Assembly (NCBI GenBank): GCA_051530055.1
Contig: CM121343.1
Span: 5,612,389 to 5,676,388, forward strand
Source: Neoechinorhynchus agilis
Taxonomy: Eukaryota; Animalia; Acanthocephala
Length of the DNA stretch: 64,000 bases
Direction: 5' to 3'
Below are positions 34,332 through 47,082 of the stretch, piece after piece. The translations under genes and the position numbers were made by a program. The notes beneath the pieces are model-generated. The model worked only from the letters and a program-made list of their open reading frames with translations. It was not told the origin of the DNA and ran no database searches. Numbering within the stretch: the first letter of the stretch is position 1; every line of letters starts with the position of its first letter.

Positions 34332-36458
34332 TCACACGTGATTGCCGGGAGCCGTCCTAGTTGTACGATTAGCACCAGCTAATATTGTTGCGGGCACTGT
34401 TTGGATGACAATTGGGTTTCTTGTGCATGATGACTCTGATGGTTCATCGTAGATACTTGATGACGACATCGACGACGAGGATGTAAATGACGATACCGCT
34501 ACGGAACCATATTTAAGCTGATCATCATTACTTGCTCCCGTACCATTGGAGGCAGTTGCGCCACTGTCGTTCATTCGTTCGACAATAAAGTTGCCTACAT
34601 TTTGATTGATATGTGTAATATGTCTAAAGTCTCTAGGTAACGATATTTTCTTCTTATTGGCGGCATCGATATTAAATTGTTGATAATTTGTGTGATCAGC
34701 TTTCATACAGGCAAGCATTTCATCAGTGTTTGAAGCGATGAGTGTGAACATGCATCCATTAGACGACAGAATAATCGGCACTGGTTCGTTATTCGTAACG
34801 AAACTAAACGAATCGGCAATAATGGCACGCGTACAGATGGTACCAAGCCATTCAGCGCTTTGAATAGAGTAGATATGTAGTCCCGATCGACTGTTCACAA
34901 TGATCTTCAAATCAGCGGCATTATGGGTGATCAGTGAATATTCGGTTATTTCCGTTGGCCATGCCATAAACGGTTCATTTGACTTGTCCGAGCGTACAGC
35001 AACTAGTGTAGAAATAAGAATGTATATAGAAGACGAACAGCTTACACATCCAAGAAGTTCACCTGGAACATCGCATATTTTACAACTCATTCCATTTTCT
35101 GGATTTATACTATAACAACTTGTTTCAAAACCGTAAAGTAGTACCGAAGCTGAAGTAGCTGTTGAATTCCCATAACTGCAAAAATTCATAAAAGGTAGCT
35201 TAACGGTATCGTTGATGGCGTTCAATGGAATTTTAAAAAATTCAAAAGTACTGATTTCGCATTTCACGGTAGATGATAAGTCGGCTTCTATCTGTATTAT
35301 TAAAATCACTTGCATTTCAATGAGGTTCACCGCCAAGAATCCATCAGTGTCGTTTGGATTGCTGGCTACTTGTACATGGTGACTTTTCTTTAAAGTCAAC
35401 AGTTTTATAGGCTTTGAAGGCATAAGTCTTCGTTTATGGAATTTGACTATTCTGACGCAAGATGGACTACGCATATCCGATGTTACCATCACAATCACAG
35501 GTTGATCTTCGTGTCGTCTGATTGCAACCATACTACTGACCGGCTTGTCATACACTCGAACCCACGGACAACTAACATGACAGTGGAATATCCCTTGTGG
35601 CGTTGCGATCAGTATTTTGCGATCGGAAAGCATTAAAGCACAATTGATTACTTTCTTTGAAGATACATTAGTCAATAATAAAGGAGCAAATATCACATTA
35701 CTTTTTTGCTTCCTAGAGACAGCGCAAGCGTTCAAATACTTTTTACATAGTGATAAAATCGTGTCCTCATTGCCGACTGAATCCGGTACAACGAAACTAC
35801 CATCCGGTTTAACAAGAGCATTATTACTGTATCCTACGACTATGATTTCGCAGTTGTTCTGTGGTGTAACTGACGACTCTTTGGTTATATCATTGGATAA
35901 GGGGTAAAGAAGTATCCGGCCGTTATACGGTAGGGCTGAGTACTTCTGATTGCCATTATATGTTTTCAGAATAATTCGGTTTTCAAATATTCCATCAAGA
36001 CGCACTTCTCCTCGCTGACCTTGCTCACAATCTGCGTCGCGAAAGTGAAACGACCGCCCACATTGATAGCATCTTATGCACGACCGCCATTGCCCTATAA
36101 TAGCGTTCATGCAACGAGCACATTGAATTCCTCGCTCGGGATAATCTTGCACGACTAGAGGTTGGACGCATATTGGGCAACACCGGACGCTTGCTTGGGA
36201 CGTACATAATCCATTAACCTCAAATGAGTCACCTTGAGTGTTCTCAATCAAGTCCAGTTGATTGCGACAATTAGCACAGGAACTAAGCAAATCACGGTAC
36301 TTCTCAATCAATTCACTCTTCAAAACATTGTCCTGTTTGACCAAAATTAACTCTTCTTCATTATCCTTCTGTCCTACTGGTTTAGTCTCGTCAGTGGATG
36401 AACTCAACCCCGATGATTCATGATGGCCTACAATAACACTTCTTCGTGGATAAACCAA
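34332..36458 (-). CDS. MRCK-like C-terminal half: atypical C1, diverged CNH-like region and CRIB motif; ORF has no upstream ATG, so it is probably spliced from an upstream exon
   Basis: CARCMNAIIGQWRSCIRCYQCGRSFHFRDADC (C1-like) and KKISLPRDFRHITHIN (CRIB) in a 708-codon open frame. Confidence 0.7.
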   Translation of the reverse strand: MVYPRRSVIVGHHESSGLSSSTDETKPVGQKDNEEELILVKQDNVLKSELIEKYRDLLSSCANCRNQLDLIENTQGDSFEVNGLCTSQASVRCCPICVQPLVVQDYPERGIQCARCMNAIIGQWRSCIRCYQCGRSFHFRDADCEQGQRGEVRLDGIFENRIILKTYNGNQKYSALPYNGRILLYPLSNDITKESSVTPQNNCEIIVVGYSNNALVKPDGSFVVPDSVGNEDTILSLCKKYLNACAVSRKQKSNVIFAPLLLTNVSSKKVINCALMLSDRKILIATPQGIFHCHVSCPWVRVYDKPVSSMVAIRRHEDQPVIVMVTSDMRSPSCVRIVKFHKRRLMPSKPIKLLTLKKSHHVQVASNPNDTDGFLAVNLIEMQVILIIQIEADLSSTVKCEISTFEFFKIPLNAINDTVKLPFMNFCSYGNSTATSASVLLYGFETSCYSINPENGMSCKICDVPGELLGCVSCSSSIYILISTLVAVRSDKSNEPFMAWPTEITEYSLITHNAADLKIIVNSRSGLHIYSIQSAEWLGTICTRAIIADSFSFVTNNEPVPIILSSNGCMFTLIASNTDEMLACMKADHTNYQQFNIDAANKKKISLPRDFRHITHINQNVGNFIVERMNDSGATASNGTGASNDDQLKYGSVAVSSFTSSSSMSSSSIYDEPSESSCTRNPIVIQTVPATILAGANRTTRTAPGNHV

Positions 36459-37615
36459 GTTTTGATTTGAATTAGTATGTTAGAGAAAAAAGTGTAAAAA
36501 TATATATCAAGATTCCCAACAGGGCTTTATTGTATATTTATACTCTCATTATTTACTAAATTCACTTAATTTTCAGGAATGCGACTAATTTAAGAATTGA
36601 AAGTCAATTTGTAAAATATACTTAAAGCATCCAACTGCGTAGTATGACAAACAGCGATTTGTCTAATTCGATTCGTGAAATCTAATATTTATATGGAGAA
36701 TGTGGGGCTCGCATTACACATGTTCCAACAGCCTATTTTTCATGCATTGTTTAAGATGACGGTGGAAGTTACAAATTTTGTATGAAAGGGGACACCATTT
36801 TCGGTATACAACGACCACAAAAACAAGAGAATACCGATTTTGGTACATGGAATGGTAAGTAGGAATTGAATTATTGCCGTTATAACTGAAACGCGAACGC
36901 CTTCGAATAATGCACAGAGAATGCAAAATAGGCGCAGAACAAGAGATAGATTTGATAGTCCACAGTGTTCCTCCGACGAGGAAGCGATTTTTTCAATTGC
37001 GAATAAATAGTCCCATAAAATATGATTAGGTAAGCTATTACGAGAAGCTTTCAAGCATTAGTCCTGTTCGCCGCATTCTGAAAAGATCGTTTGGAATGAG
37101 ACTAGATTGACTTACAATGTGATTATGAAAGCCTTGGAGCTCTTTGTTTTTCATTTACGACATCGTGCTCGCACACATCAGGCTCCATGCTCAAATATAG
37201 CGCTTGTATAAGCGAGTCATGTAATCTTTTCCACGTTCAGAGTAACTATGAGCTCACCGCAACCGTCTGTTTGTCGAGGGAGAAACGGAGATGATAGCAT
37301 TTCAATGCAGGGAGTAAGTATTAATTCACAGATTATTCGGACGATAATGTGTGATGCATGGAATTTATATTAAGCGCTAATTTTGATCCATAAATACTGT
37401 TAAAAGGTTCGTGTAGAATACAACTGAAATTAGTACTATTTAGATCAAAAGAAAACATTGGCGCATGCAAAAGATTGGTGAGTTCATTTCACCTTTAAAA
37501 TCGAAAGTTTTAATAAGAAAAAAAAACTAGAACCTAGGTTTCAAAACCTAAAGAGACTAAAATAAGACATAAAACGTACGGATAATGATCTATTAATTTG
37601 AAGGTCGATATAACT

Positions 37616-39571
37616 TCAATGTTTTTCAAGAAGTATGAAATCGAATAGATCAAGAAATGGGTGAGAGTAGCTACATGAAGAAGCGTTGAGTCTCACAATG
37701 TTATCATTTGCGGTATTGCTATCAGAACTCCAATTTTTGAAGGAAAGAGAGTGATTGTGATTGAATATCAACCTAAATGGTTTTTCATCAGACAGCGTAT
37801 GAATACTTGCACTGTCAGTTGGATCATACGGTTTGCTTGAGCACAACGTATCCCTGTTTCCAGCGAATTCGTTCAAAGGACTCAGCAAACGATTGCCATT
37901 TGGTTGTGGCTCAATAACTTGGTTGTTTTGATTGGCGATTTCTTGGATAGTAGAATTAGGATCGAAGGTATTGAGCAAAGTTGCATCATTCACTGATGTT
38001 ACCTCTTCGTACATACTTTCAACTTCATCTTCGTCCCAGTCTTCGTCATCAACTTCGACTCCTATAGTCCTCTTTTCGCTACTGCTACAGCAGCAGTTGT
38101 TTGGATTTACATGCTTCGGGACACAACCACAAAAAGTAAATCCAACGAATTGCAGTTGATTGACAGTCGACAGTGAGGACGATGACCATGATCGAACACT
38201 CGATGAAGTTGTCTTGGTTGCAGATGAAAATGACGGTGATGGATTACAATCGTTGTTATTAACATTATAAGCGGTATGCGATTCCCGCGCTAATGAAGTT
38301 CCTGGCCTCAGCTTACTGAATGCATTAACTACAGGTCGAGTGTCGTCGATATCGAAATGTGAAATATCGTCAGAACAGGTGATTTTCGGAACGTAAGGTG
38401 GTGCCTGATTTCTGATCCCACTGAAATCAATATCGCGTAAGAAATTATGCATCATCAAGTCTTCGGCTTTTTTTAGTCGTTTAGATTGCCGACATAACAG
38501 TGATCGAAGAAAATCTTTGCACTCATCAGACACTTCGTTGGTTTCATCGTCGAAAATCAATTCCAAATCATCTCGGGCGTGAGACATAACTTTAGCATAA
38601 GTAGCGGCGAGGAGTTCATTGAAAAACGGAGGCACACCGTATAGCATTTCCCATAAACAGCATCCTACGCTCCACCAATCACTCTCGAAACCATAATCAG
38701 CGTACTCTTGATTTGAAAAACAACCGGTTCCAACGTTTATAGATTGAAGGGCTTCAGGTGGAATATAATCCGGAGTTCCAACGGCGATCCTTCCATTGAC
38801 TTCTACACCCATACCCGGGCATGTTTCCCTTCGTACGATTTCCTCATACCGGATGCACGACCCGAAATCGGCTAAACGAATATGACCATCAAAATCGATC
38901 AATACGTTATCGGGCTTTACATCTCGATGAATGTACCCAAGTTTATGAACGTAATCGACGGCTAAAATGAGCTCGGCAGTATAGAACTGCGCCATTTGCT
39001 CGCTCAAAATCTCATTGTCGGAATACGTAGACAGAAGAGTAAGGAGATTTCCACCTCCATAATAGTCCATGAGTATATACAAATGCTCTTTATCCTGGAA
39101 GCAAAAGTGGATCTTTGTGATCCATTCGCACTCCTTACCGCCAACTAGGACGTCACGTTCAGCCTTAAAGCAGGCTGCATCGGCTTTTTTGAGTGCATTT
39201 CGTTTACTCATTGCCTTTAGGGCATAGACTTTATCGACATTCTCCTCCTGCTCATTGCGAAATCGAACGATCGCAACATTTCCAAATGCGCCAGATCCGA
39301 TTAAATGGATGAGGTTAAAATCAGTACATTGTGGCCGAACCTGTTTGGCTTGGTTCACGAATCCCTTGGTATGGTCTAAGAACTGATTTAAGGCTTTGCA
39401 TTTCTCACCCATATCACCGGATTCGCACTGGTCATGTAAGGCGATCAATGAATCTACCAGTGCATCGATGCTCAAATCTGATTCCTGGTTACATCCATCG
39501 GACATGAGTTGGTCATAGAAGCGATCAACACGCTCGCGGACTTGGTCAATCATACTGGTGATCTGAAGCAA
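37616..39571 (-). CDS. CDC42BP: MRCK/DMPK-family AGC Ser/Thr kinase (N-terminal half), uninterrupted 651-aa ORF
   Basis: LVDSLIALHDQC, IGSGAFGNV, YALKAM, FKAERDVLV, HRDVKPDNVL, RLADFGSC, AVGTPDYIPPE, DWWSVG, PPYVP and the hydrophobic motif LQFVGFTF. Confidence 0.85.
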   Translation of the reverse strand: MLQITSMIDQVRERVDRFYDQLMSDGCNQESDLSIDALVDSLIALHDQCESGDMGEKCKALNQFLDHTKGFVNQAKQVRPQCTDFNLIHLIGSGAFGNVAIVRFRNEQEENVDKVYALKAMSKRNALKKADAACFKAERDVLVGGKECEWITKIHFCFQDKEHLYILMDYYGGGNLLTLLSTYSDNEILSEQMAQFYTAELILAVDYVHKLGYIHRDVKPDNVLIDFDGHIRLADFGSCIRYEEIVRRETCPGMGVEVNGRIAVGTPDYIPPEALQSINVGTGCFSNQEYADYGFESDWWSVGCCLWEMLYGVPPFFNELLAATYAKVMSHARDDLELIFDDETNEVSDECKDFLRSLLCRQSKRLKKAEDLMMHNFLRDIDFSGIRNQAPPYVPKITCSDDISHFDIDDTRPVVNAFSKLRPGTSLARESHTAYNVNNNDCNPSPSFSSATKTTSSSVRSWSSSSLSTVNQLQFVGFTFCGCVPKHVNPNNCCCSSSEKRTIGVEVDDEDWDEDEVESMYEEVTSVNDATLLNTFDPNSTIQEIANQNNQVIEPQPNGNRLLSPLNEFAGNRDTLCSSKPYDPTDSASIHTLSDEKPFRLIFNHNHSLSFKNWSSDSNTANDNIVRLNASSCSYSHPFLDLFDFILLEKH

Positions 39572-41490
39572 TCAATATTAGGCTATAAGGTCACGTCATC
39601 GATGAACACTATCAAACTGTGAATGCAGCAACACCTCTTTTGTTTTCTTATAAGTAGTGAGTACAACAAGACGCACACTTGAGAATAGGCGACGGAGAGT
39701 GGAAATGCGTGGGCCTGGAGAAAAAAGGACACGAGCACGATGTCTTTTGTTGCATGAAACGGCGCATGCGAATGGACGTTCGTCGTAGCTCGCGAGGGAC
39801 GCGCACGTTAAGTGTGCACAAATACGCGTAGAAAGCCGTGACCACAACAACAACAACAATGTACACTGAGAAAGTTGCGCGCGCGCTCAGTGTGCGTATT
39901 CATGAGGTCCATGATCAAAAAACCCAACGGGTTGCATGTGGCAACTAGTGCTCTATGTGGAATGGAGTGATATACGAGCGTGTCTCATTAAGGATGCGAC
40001 AATACTACTCTAATTTCGGGAAAAAGTCGGTCGACAGAAAGCAAAGGTTGCCTTTGTCGACACGCAGCACTGACAGGCGGCGGAAAACATCTTCGTTGAA
40101 AGCCTTATTTTTGTTCTACCGGAGCAAATGCGGCTGTGAGTCGAAAAAGAACAACCATTTTCGCGGAATTTCAATCTAAACATCATAGTGTTCCCACTAT
40201 ACGACGATCATCGACATTCAACTAAAAAGTATCTTGAGAGACAAAAACGAGCCATAAATTATAAGTCTCTTGGTAACCAGTGACGTCCGACTTTCTTCGG
40301 TACAAAAAGCCCAAAAATGTATTTTTTTGGATACCAAACACGCATGAATTCACTCGTCTCGCTTCTTTCGCAGCAGATTCTTCGTTGAGTTTGCGTGCAC
40401 ATTTAAATTACTTTCCGATAGCTTTCGCTTTTAGATAGAACGAACAATTTTTAACTTTAGGCTCTCAATTACATTTTAAAGGTATTTTTGTATGTGAAAT
40501 GAAACCTAGCCATGGAGTTGACTCGGTGGGCGTAAAACATTGAGCCAAAAACACACCGGCAATGTTAAATTGTATGTGAAATGAATTTCCGGAGAGATTT
40601 AAAGAGGGAAAATCACAATCTAGCCTTTCTCCAACCTGATTTGAATCTCAGAGTGAGTTACGGGCACACGTCGTTTCATTAAGTGCACAATGCAAGAGTA
40701 CGTTTGTGAACATTTTCGTTCTATTATCGAACAAAAGCCATCCGATATGAAGACGTGCTTTCTCCCCCTTACGGCATGATGTATTGTTTCTTTAGTCTTC
40801 AAAGAAACGAAATTGTCTTGGTTTCCCTCCAAAAACAACCAAAATGGCTATCATCGTTGCTTGTGCACGGTCTTCCACACCAAGTCGGTATGTTAGTTGC
40901 TTAGTGGTGGTGGTGGTGGTGGTGGTAAAATCAATAATCTCGATATTATGTGTACCTCCTATGTTTGACAATGATCATTATTATAAGGATCTATTTGCTT
41001 ATAAACCATTTTCATCACTGCGAACAAATGAACTTTGAATTAAAAAGACCGACGTTTAGTGTACAGACGGATCTATTATTTTGTCGCAGTAGAACGAACA
41101 ACCGAATCGAAATAATCAATTTTAACCCAGAATACTCACGTAATATTCTTGAACGCTTCATCTACAGGAATTTCCCGAGCTAACTGCCTCATAATTCATT
41201 TTCGTTCCTAAATGCGACTTAAAATGTCAGAACCGTGATGAAGATCAATGCTGCACAATCAAAAATAGAAAATATTTTGGCGCAAATGAAACTTTCAGAT
41301 TTATAGGAGCATTGCAAACGACAAATTTAATTTAGGAGCTCTTATTTTTTTGCCCTTAACTCATGAAATAATAGCCTGTGCAATTGTGGAAAATTTGAAT
41401 TTTTAAAGTCGTGTGGACGCAGGAAAATGATTTGGGTAGTCGAGTTGGTCGCGAGTTCGAAGAAACTTGCGAAACAATAGACTGCATACA

Positions 41491-43971
41491 CGAAGGCCGA
41501 AAATAAATCAATTATTTGATAATTCGCTAGAAAAAAGTTAAAATGATGAACACGCAATCTGCGGATGCCACCGGATAAACGAAATTGAGTGCTTCCATTT
41601 TAGATAGATTGAAGAAGGCCTACGCGAAAGCCGAGAATTATCAAATCAATCAATTATTAGAATTCGCTAGAAAAAAGTTAAAATGATGAACGCCCAATCT
41701 GCGGATACCACCGGGTAAACGAAATTGAGTGCTTCCATTTTAGATAGACCGAAGAAGACCTACGCGAAAGTCGAAAATTATAAAAAATAAATCAATTATT
41801 TGATAATTCGCTAGAAAAAAGTTAAAATGATGAACGCCCAATCTGCGGATACCACCGGATAAACGAAATTGAGTGCTTCCATTTTAGATAGACCGAAGAA
41901 GACCTACGCGAAAGTCGAAAATTATAAAATAAATCAATTATTTGATAATTCGCTAGAAAAAAGTTAAAATGATGAACGCCCAATCTGCGGATACCACCGG
42001 ATAAACGAAATTGAGTGCTTCCATTTTAGATAGACCGAAGAAGACCTACGCGAAAGCCGAAAATTATAAAAAATAAATCAATTATTTGATAATTCGCTAG
42101 AAAAAAGTTAAAATGATGAACGCCCAATCTGCGGATACCACCGGATAAACGAAATTGAGTGCTTCCATTTTAGATAGACCGAAGAAGACCTACGCGAAAG
42201 CCGAAAATTATAAAAAATAAATCAATTATTTGATAATTCGCTAGAAAAAAGTTAAAATGATGAACGCCCAATCTGCGGATACCACCGGATAAACGAAATT
42301 GAGTGCTTCCATTTTAGATAGACCGAAGAAGACCTACGCGAAAGCCGAAAATTATAAAAATAAATCAATTATTTGATAATTCGCTAGAAAAAAGTTAAAA
42401 TGATGAACACGCAATCTGCGGATACCACCGGATAAACGAAATTGAGTGCTTCCATTTTAGATAGATTGAAGAAGGCCTACGCGAAAGCCGAAAATTATCA
42501 AATCAATCAATTATTAGAATTCGCTAGAAAAAAGTTAAAATGATGAACGCCCAATCTGCGGATACCACCGGATAAACGAAATTGAGTGCTTCCATTTTAG
42601 ATAGACCGAAGAAGACCTACGCGAAAGCCGAAAATTATCAAATCAATCAATTATTATAATTCGCTAGAAAAAAGTTAAAATGATGAACACGCAATCTGCG
42701 GATACCACCGGATAAACGAAATTGAGTGCTTCCATTTTAGATAGATTGAAGAAGGCCTACGCGAAAGCCGAAAATTATCAAATCAATCAATTATTAGAAT
42801 TCGCTAGAAAAAAGTTAAAATGATGAACGCCCAATCTGCGGATACCACCGGATAAACGAAATTGAGTGCTTCCATTTTAGATAGACCGAAGAAGACCTAC
42901 GCGAAAGCCGAAAATTATAAAAAATAAATCAATTATTATAATTCGCTAGAAAAAAGTTAAAATGATGAACGCCCAATCTGCGGATACCACCGGATAAACG
43001 AAATTGAGTGCTTCCATTTTAGATAGACCGAAGAAGACCTACGCGAAAGCCGAAAATTATAAAAATAAATCAATTATTTGATAATTCGCTAGAAAAAAGT
43101 TAAAATGATGAACACGCAATCTGCGGATGCCACCGGATAAACGAAATTGAGTGCTTCCATTTTAGATAGATTGAAGAAGGCCCACGCGAAGGCCGAAAAT
43201 TATCAAATCAATCAATTATTAGAATTCGCTAGAAAAAAAGTTAAAATGATGAACGCCCAATCTGCGGATACCACCGGATAAACGAAATTGAGTGCTTCCA
43301 TTTTAGATAGACCGAAGAAGACCTACGCGAAAGCCGAAAATTATAAAAAATAAATCAATTATTTGATAATTCGCTATAAAAAAGTTAAAATGATGAACGC
43401 CCAATCTGCGGATACCACCGGATAAACGAAATTGAGTGCTTCCATTTTAGATAGACTGAAGAAGGCCTACGCGAAGGCCGAAAATTATCAAATCAATCAA
43501 TTATTTGATAATTCGCTATAAAAAAGTTAAAATGATGAACGCTCAATCTGCGGATACCACCGGATAAACGAAATTGAGTGCTTCCATTTTAGATAGACCG
43601 AAGAAGACCTACGCGAAAGTCGAAAATTATAAAAAATAAATCAATTATTTGATAATTCGCTATAAAAAAGTTAAAATGATGAACGCCCAATCTGTGGATA
43701 CCACCGGATAAACGAAATTGAGTGCTTCCATTTTAGATAGACCGAAGAAGACCGACGCGAAAGTCGAAAATTATAAAAAATAAATCAATTATTTGATAAT
43801 TCGCTATAAAAAAGTTGAAATGATGAACGCCCAATCAGCGGATACCACCGGATAAACGAAATTGAGTGCTTCCATTTTAGATAGACTGAAGAAGGCCTAC
43901 GCGAAAGCCGAAAATTATCAATAAATAAATCAATTATTTGATAATTCGCTATAAAAAAGTAAATGATGAAC
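41491..43971. repeat. Satellite C: 142-144 bp unit, about 17 copies
   Basis: TACGCGAAAG recurs at 41761, 41905, 42047 and 42191. The unit includes GATACCACCGGATAAACGAAATTGAGTGCTTCCATTTTAG. Confidence 0.97.
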
Positions 43972-46900
43972 ATCTTTACAAAACGCTATTTTCGTATTTC
44001 CAGCATTGAACGAGATCGCGATCGAATTCTCCTAATAAATCTCTATTAGGCGAGCACGGTCCAAGGATGCGCGCATTTCCTGATAGTGTCCGAATTGAAA
44101 TTGCGGATCTTTGCAATTGGCGAGATATGGCGGCGGACTCACGCACGTACGGATTGTTGTATAGAACTGTGATGATTGCGTACGAATGGTTGTGGTGGTG
44201 GTGATAGACAATGGTTCGGCCGTTGTAGTAGACGGGCAGTGGGACGTTTATATGTGTTTGTCTCACTTGCGGATGACGACGAAGTGACATTTGAGGTTCA
44301 CTGCAGGAAGGCAGAGTAAGCAAGTTCATTTGTGCACGGAAAACTGCAGTGTAAATACCGATGGCCTTGTGGATGCTTCTTCTTAGAATGACTAAACTTA
44401 TAGACGTACTTTGAAAAGATTACGATCTGAAGAAAGTCTTTACAATGTCAGCCCACCACCCGTTAGCCGTATCGATAATGTGCATAGAGTAGCACCGGCC
44501 CGTTTGCAGCCGCCATTTCGGACTAAACAGTTTTTGTCACTTAGACTAAAGACACGACTGACAATAGTGCCCGATACCAATGCGTAGTCACGCCATCAAC
44601 GCTGACGAATCTGATAAATTGGTCTCTAATCAGACTCTTTTTATCTCCACCATATCAACTGCGGTGGTGGTGGCGGCAAAGAAGCCAAAACCAAAGCTAT
44701 TTTGCACTCTTGGGTGGGAAACGGGTGTATATTTGAGGAGCTCGAAACCTCTAGCCATAATTCGTGAAGTAGGACGCTCATCGAACTATATCTCCTCCAT
44801 ACAAGTGAATTACATAATTAATTACATCAAACAGATATTCCATTTGCGTTGCCGCTGTTGGCAGTCCTGTCCCTTGCAGCCTATCAGAGGAATGTGTAAT
44901 TAAGAACACATTAAAATGTTTTTGTGGCACATTATAACACTAGATTTGCAAATTACTGTCTTCTAGAGAGGTATGGAGGATATTGACAAATGCCCATCAT
45001 GCATAGAGCATGCTCATTTTATAATTTTGAGTTATTCAAAAGTATTCGGTTCAGAATGTACCTTTTCCACTTCTCCCTTCGAATGATCCGTTCAACTAGA
45101 AACAATCCGTCATTGGATATTTGTTTAGAAAAACTAAAAGTCGAAAATCATCGGCTGATGTGAAGTAGCTCTAAACTAAATAGAGTTCTGGATAACAAAG
45201 TTGAGAGATATGTGTACATTCGAATGTAGTTTTTATGCCTATCTGAAATATGCTTTTACAGGAAGTATTTGAAGATAAATCTTTTGCAGATGGAGATCCA
45301 CAAGGTTCGAAAATGTTATAAAACCAAAGAGTGAGCGACTCAGAAAGGGGATGCACCATCCTCGAGGTAGTGGAGGATAAAGACGTCCATCCCATTGGAA
45401 CTGTTATAATTTCTTAACGTTCCTGAAAAATAAACATTTCCACATTAAATCGAGATGTGCCGGATCAGATCTAGTACGTCCTGCGGTCAACAGTATACTC
45501 TCAACATTGGTACCTTGGAACGATCCTAAGCTGGAGCTTCATGCATGCGTTGCGCAGGAACATCCCGAAACAACTCCAAAGGACACTCGATATTTCGTAA
45601 CGAACGTGTTTCCTAAAGCACAGTCCCGTCTCTTCTTAGATTTAATGCTGGTTGAATCAAAAACTAATCGCTAATGTCAAAGTAAATCTTAAATAGCCCG
45701 ATTTTTAGTAAGCTCCTATAAAAATGTTGGGTAGTGAAGTTTCCATCAAACACCCTATCGTTGCCAACATAGTTTTAGAAGATATACACTTTATTAATTC
45801 AATTCTAATCATAGCATCAATCACGCCCCAGCTTGTCGACGGTCGAGAGCGTACCCATTATTCTGGCGGCGCTGCAGAAAATTTTACTCATGTGACTGCC
45901 AGTCGCTTCCTTCATTTGAGACGTATAATTTAAAGGCCGACTCCGCGAGCCATTGGACTACAAGCAAATTCTCAATGATAATCAACGTCAGCAAAATAAC
46001 TTAATACGGTTCTTTAAGGGCTAATGGAGCTATTTTCACGCACGTAACCGTTTTTTAAAGACTTTCCAATATATTTGGGAATCTTAATTATATAATATTG
46101 CACATTTTTGTTTATAATAAGCACCTTACAATCTCTTGCATTCCTTAGGTCGCATTAAGCTACAAAGATTCCTTCCTCCTATGCATATACCTTGAAAAAT
46201 ATAGACAATATTTTAAGACCTATCGCTTCCTACAAAGATGCTTAAATTCTATAAAATTGCAATAGGCGCAAACTGCATTTACTCAGGTAATAGCCCATTA
46301 TCAATAGGAATCGAGTGATAAAACAATCACTCAAAATTTTCCCTATCCAAAATCGACCTAAGCGAGTCACAAAATCGCGACTTTTATGCTTTATCCTTAC
46401 AATTTTCACGACCATTATTCGTGATGATGGCATCAAAGGCATAAATGAAGCATCAAAAATAAAACTACTATTTCCAACAATCATTCTCAGTTCAGTACAA
46501 CATCTTTAGAGCAAAACATTTTAGAAAAATCTTGGAAAATAATGCGAGATGGCTCATTTATTATAGAAACATTTCAATCACCAAAAATGTCGATATTTGT
46601 TATAATATGGACGAATTTGTGCTAAGCGTAGAAACGTGTAGGTAAACTAACAAAATCAGCATCCAGGAGAACAGAACAATCGTTTGTGTGATGATGAAAT
46701 TTAAGAAGACACAGCTAAATTTTTCTCATTTTCATAAATTCACTATTCGCCTATATTCACGATTTCGATGTTTACGCAGATTGTTTGCATAAAAATGCTT
46801 CCATTTCACTAAAATATGAACAGCTAGAATGTATGATTAATACTATAAACAAAATGTATTGTTGCGATTCAACATACACCAAAAAACTTTGGTGGACGAT

Positions 46901-47082
46901 ATGGAACTTATTAAAAAAAGGCCAAATTTAACGCTTTTCGCGGTACCTACAAACATCTAATAAACATTGAGTACGATTTTGGATGTGATTGAGGAAAAAG
47001 ATACATACTTTCCAACATTTGGAACGTTAGCACCAACATACCGCACAATCTAAATAAAGTGCTTTTTCACGTGGAAATAATA

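Noticed and set aside
36740-37054. Hydrophobic 104-aa minus-strand ORF as the missing MRCK linker exon
   Set aside because: It is not coiled-coil-like, has no ATG start, and I could not join it in frame to either MRCK ORF with canonical splice sites.
39861-39896. GTACACTGAG...CTCAGTGTGC hairpin as a Helitron 3' end
   Set aside because: No CTRR terminus at the expected distance. It sits in the CpG-richer promoter region of the kinase gene, and its function is unknown.
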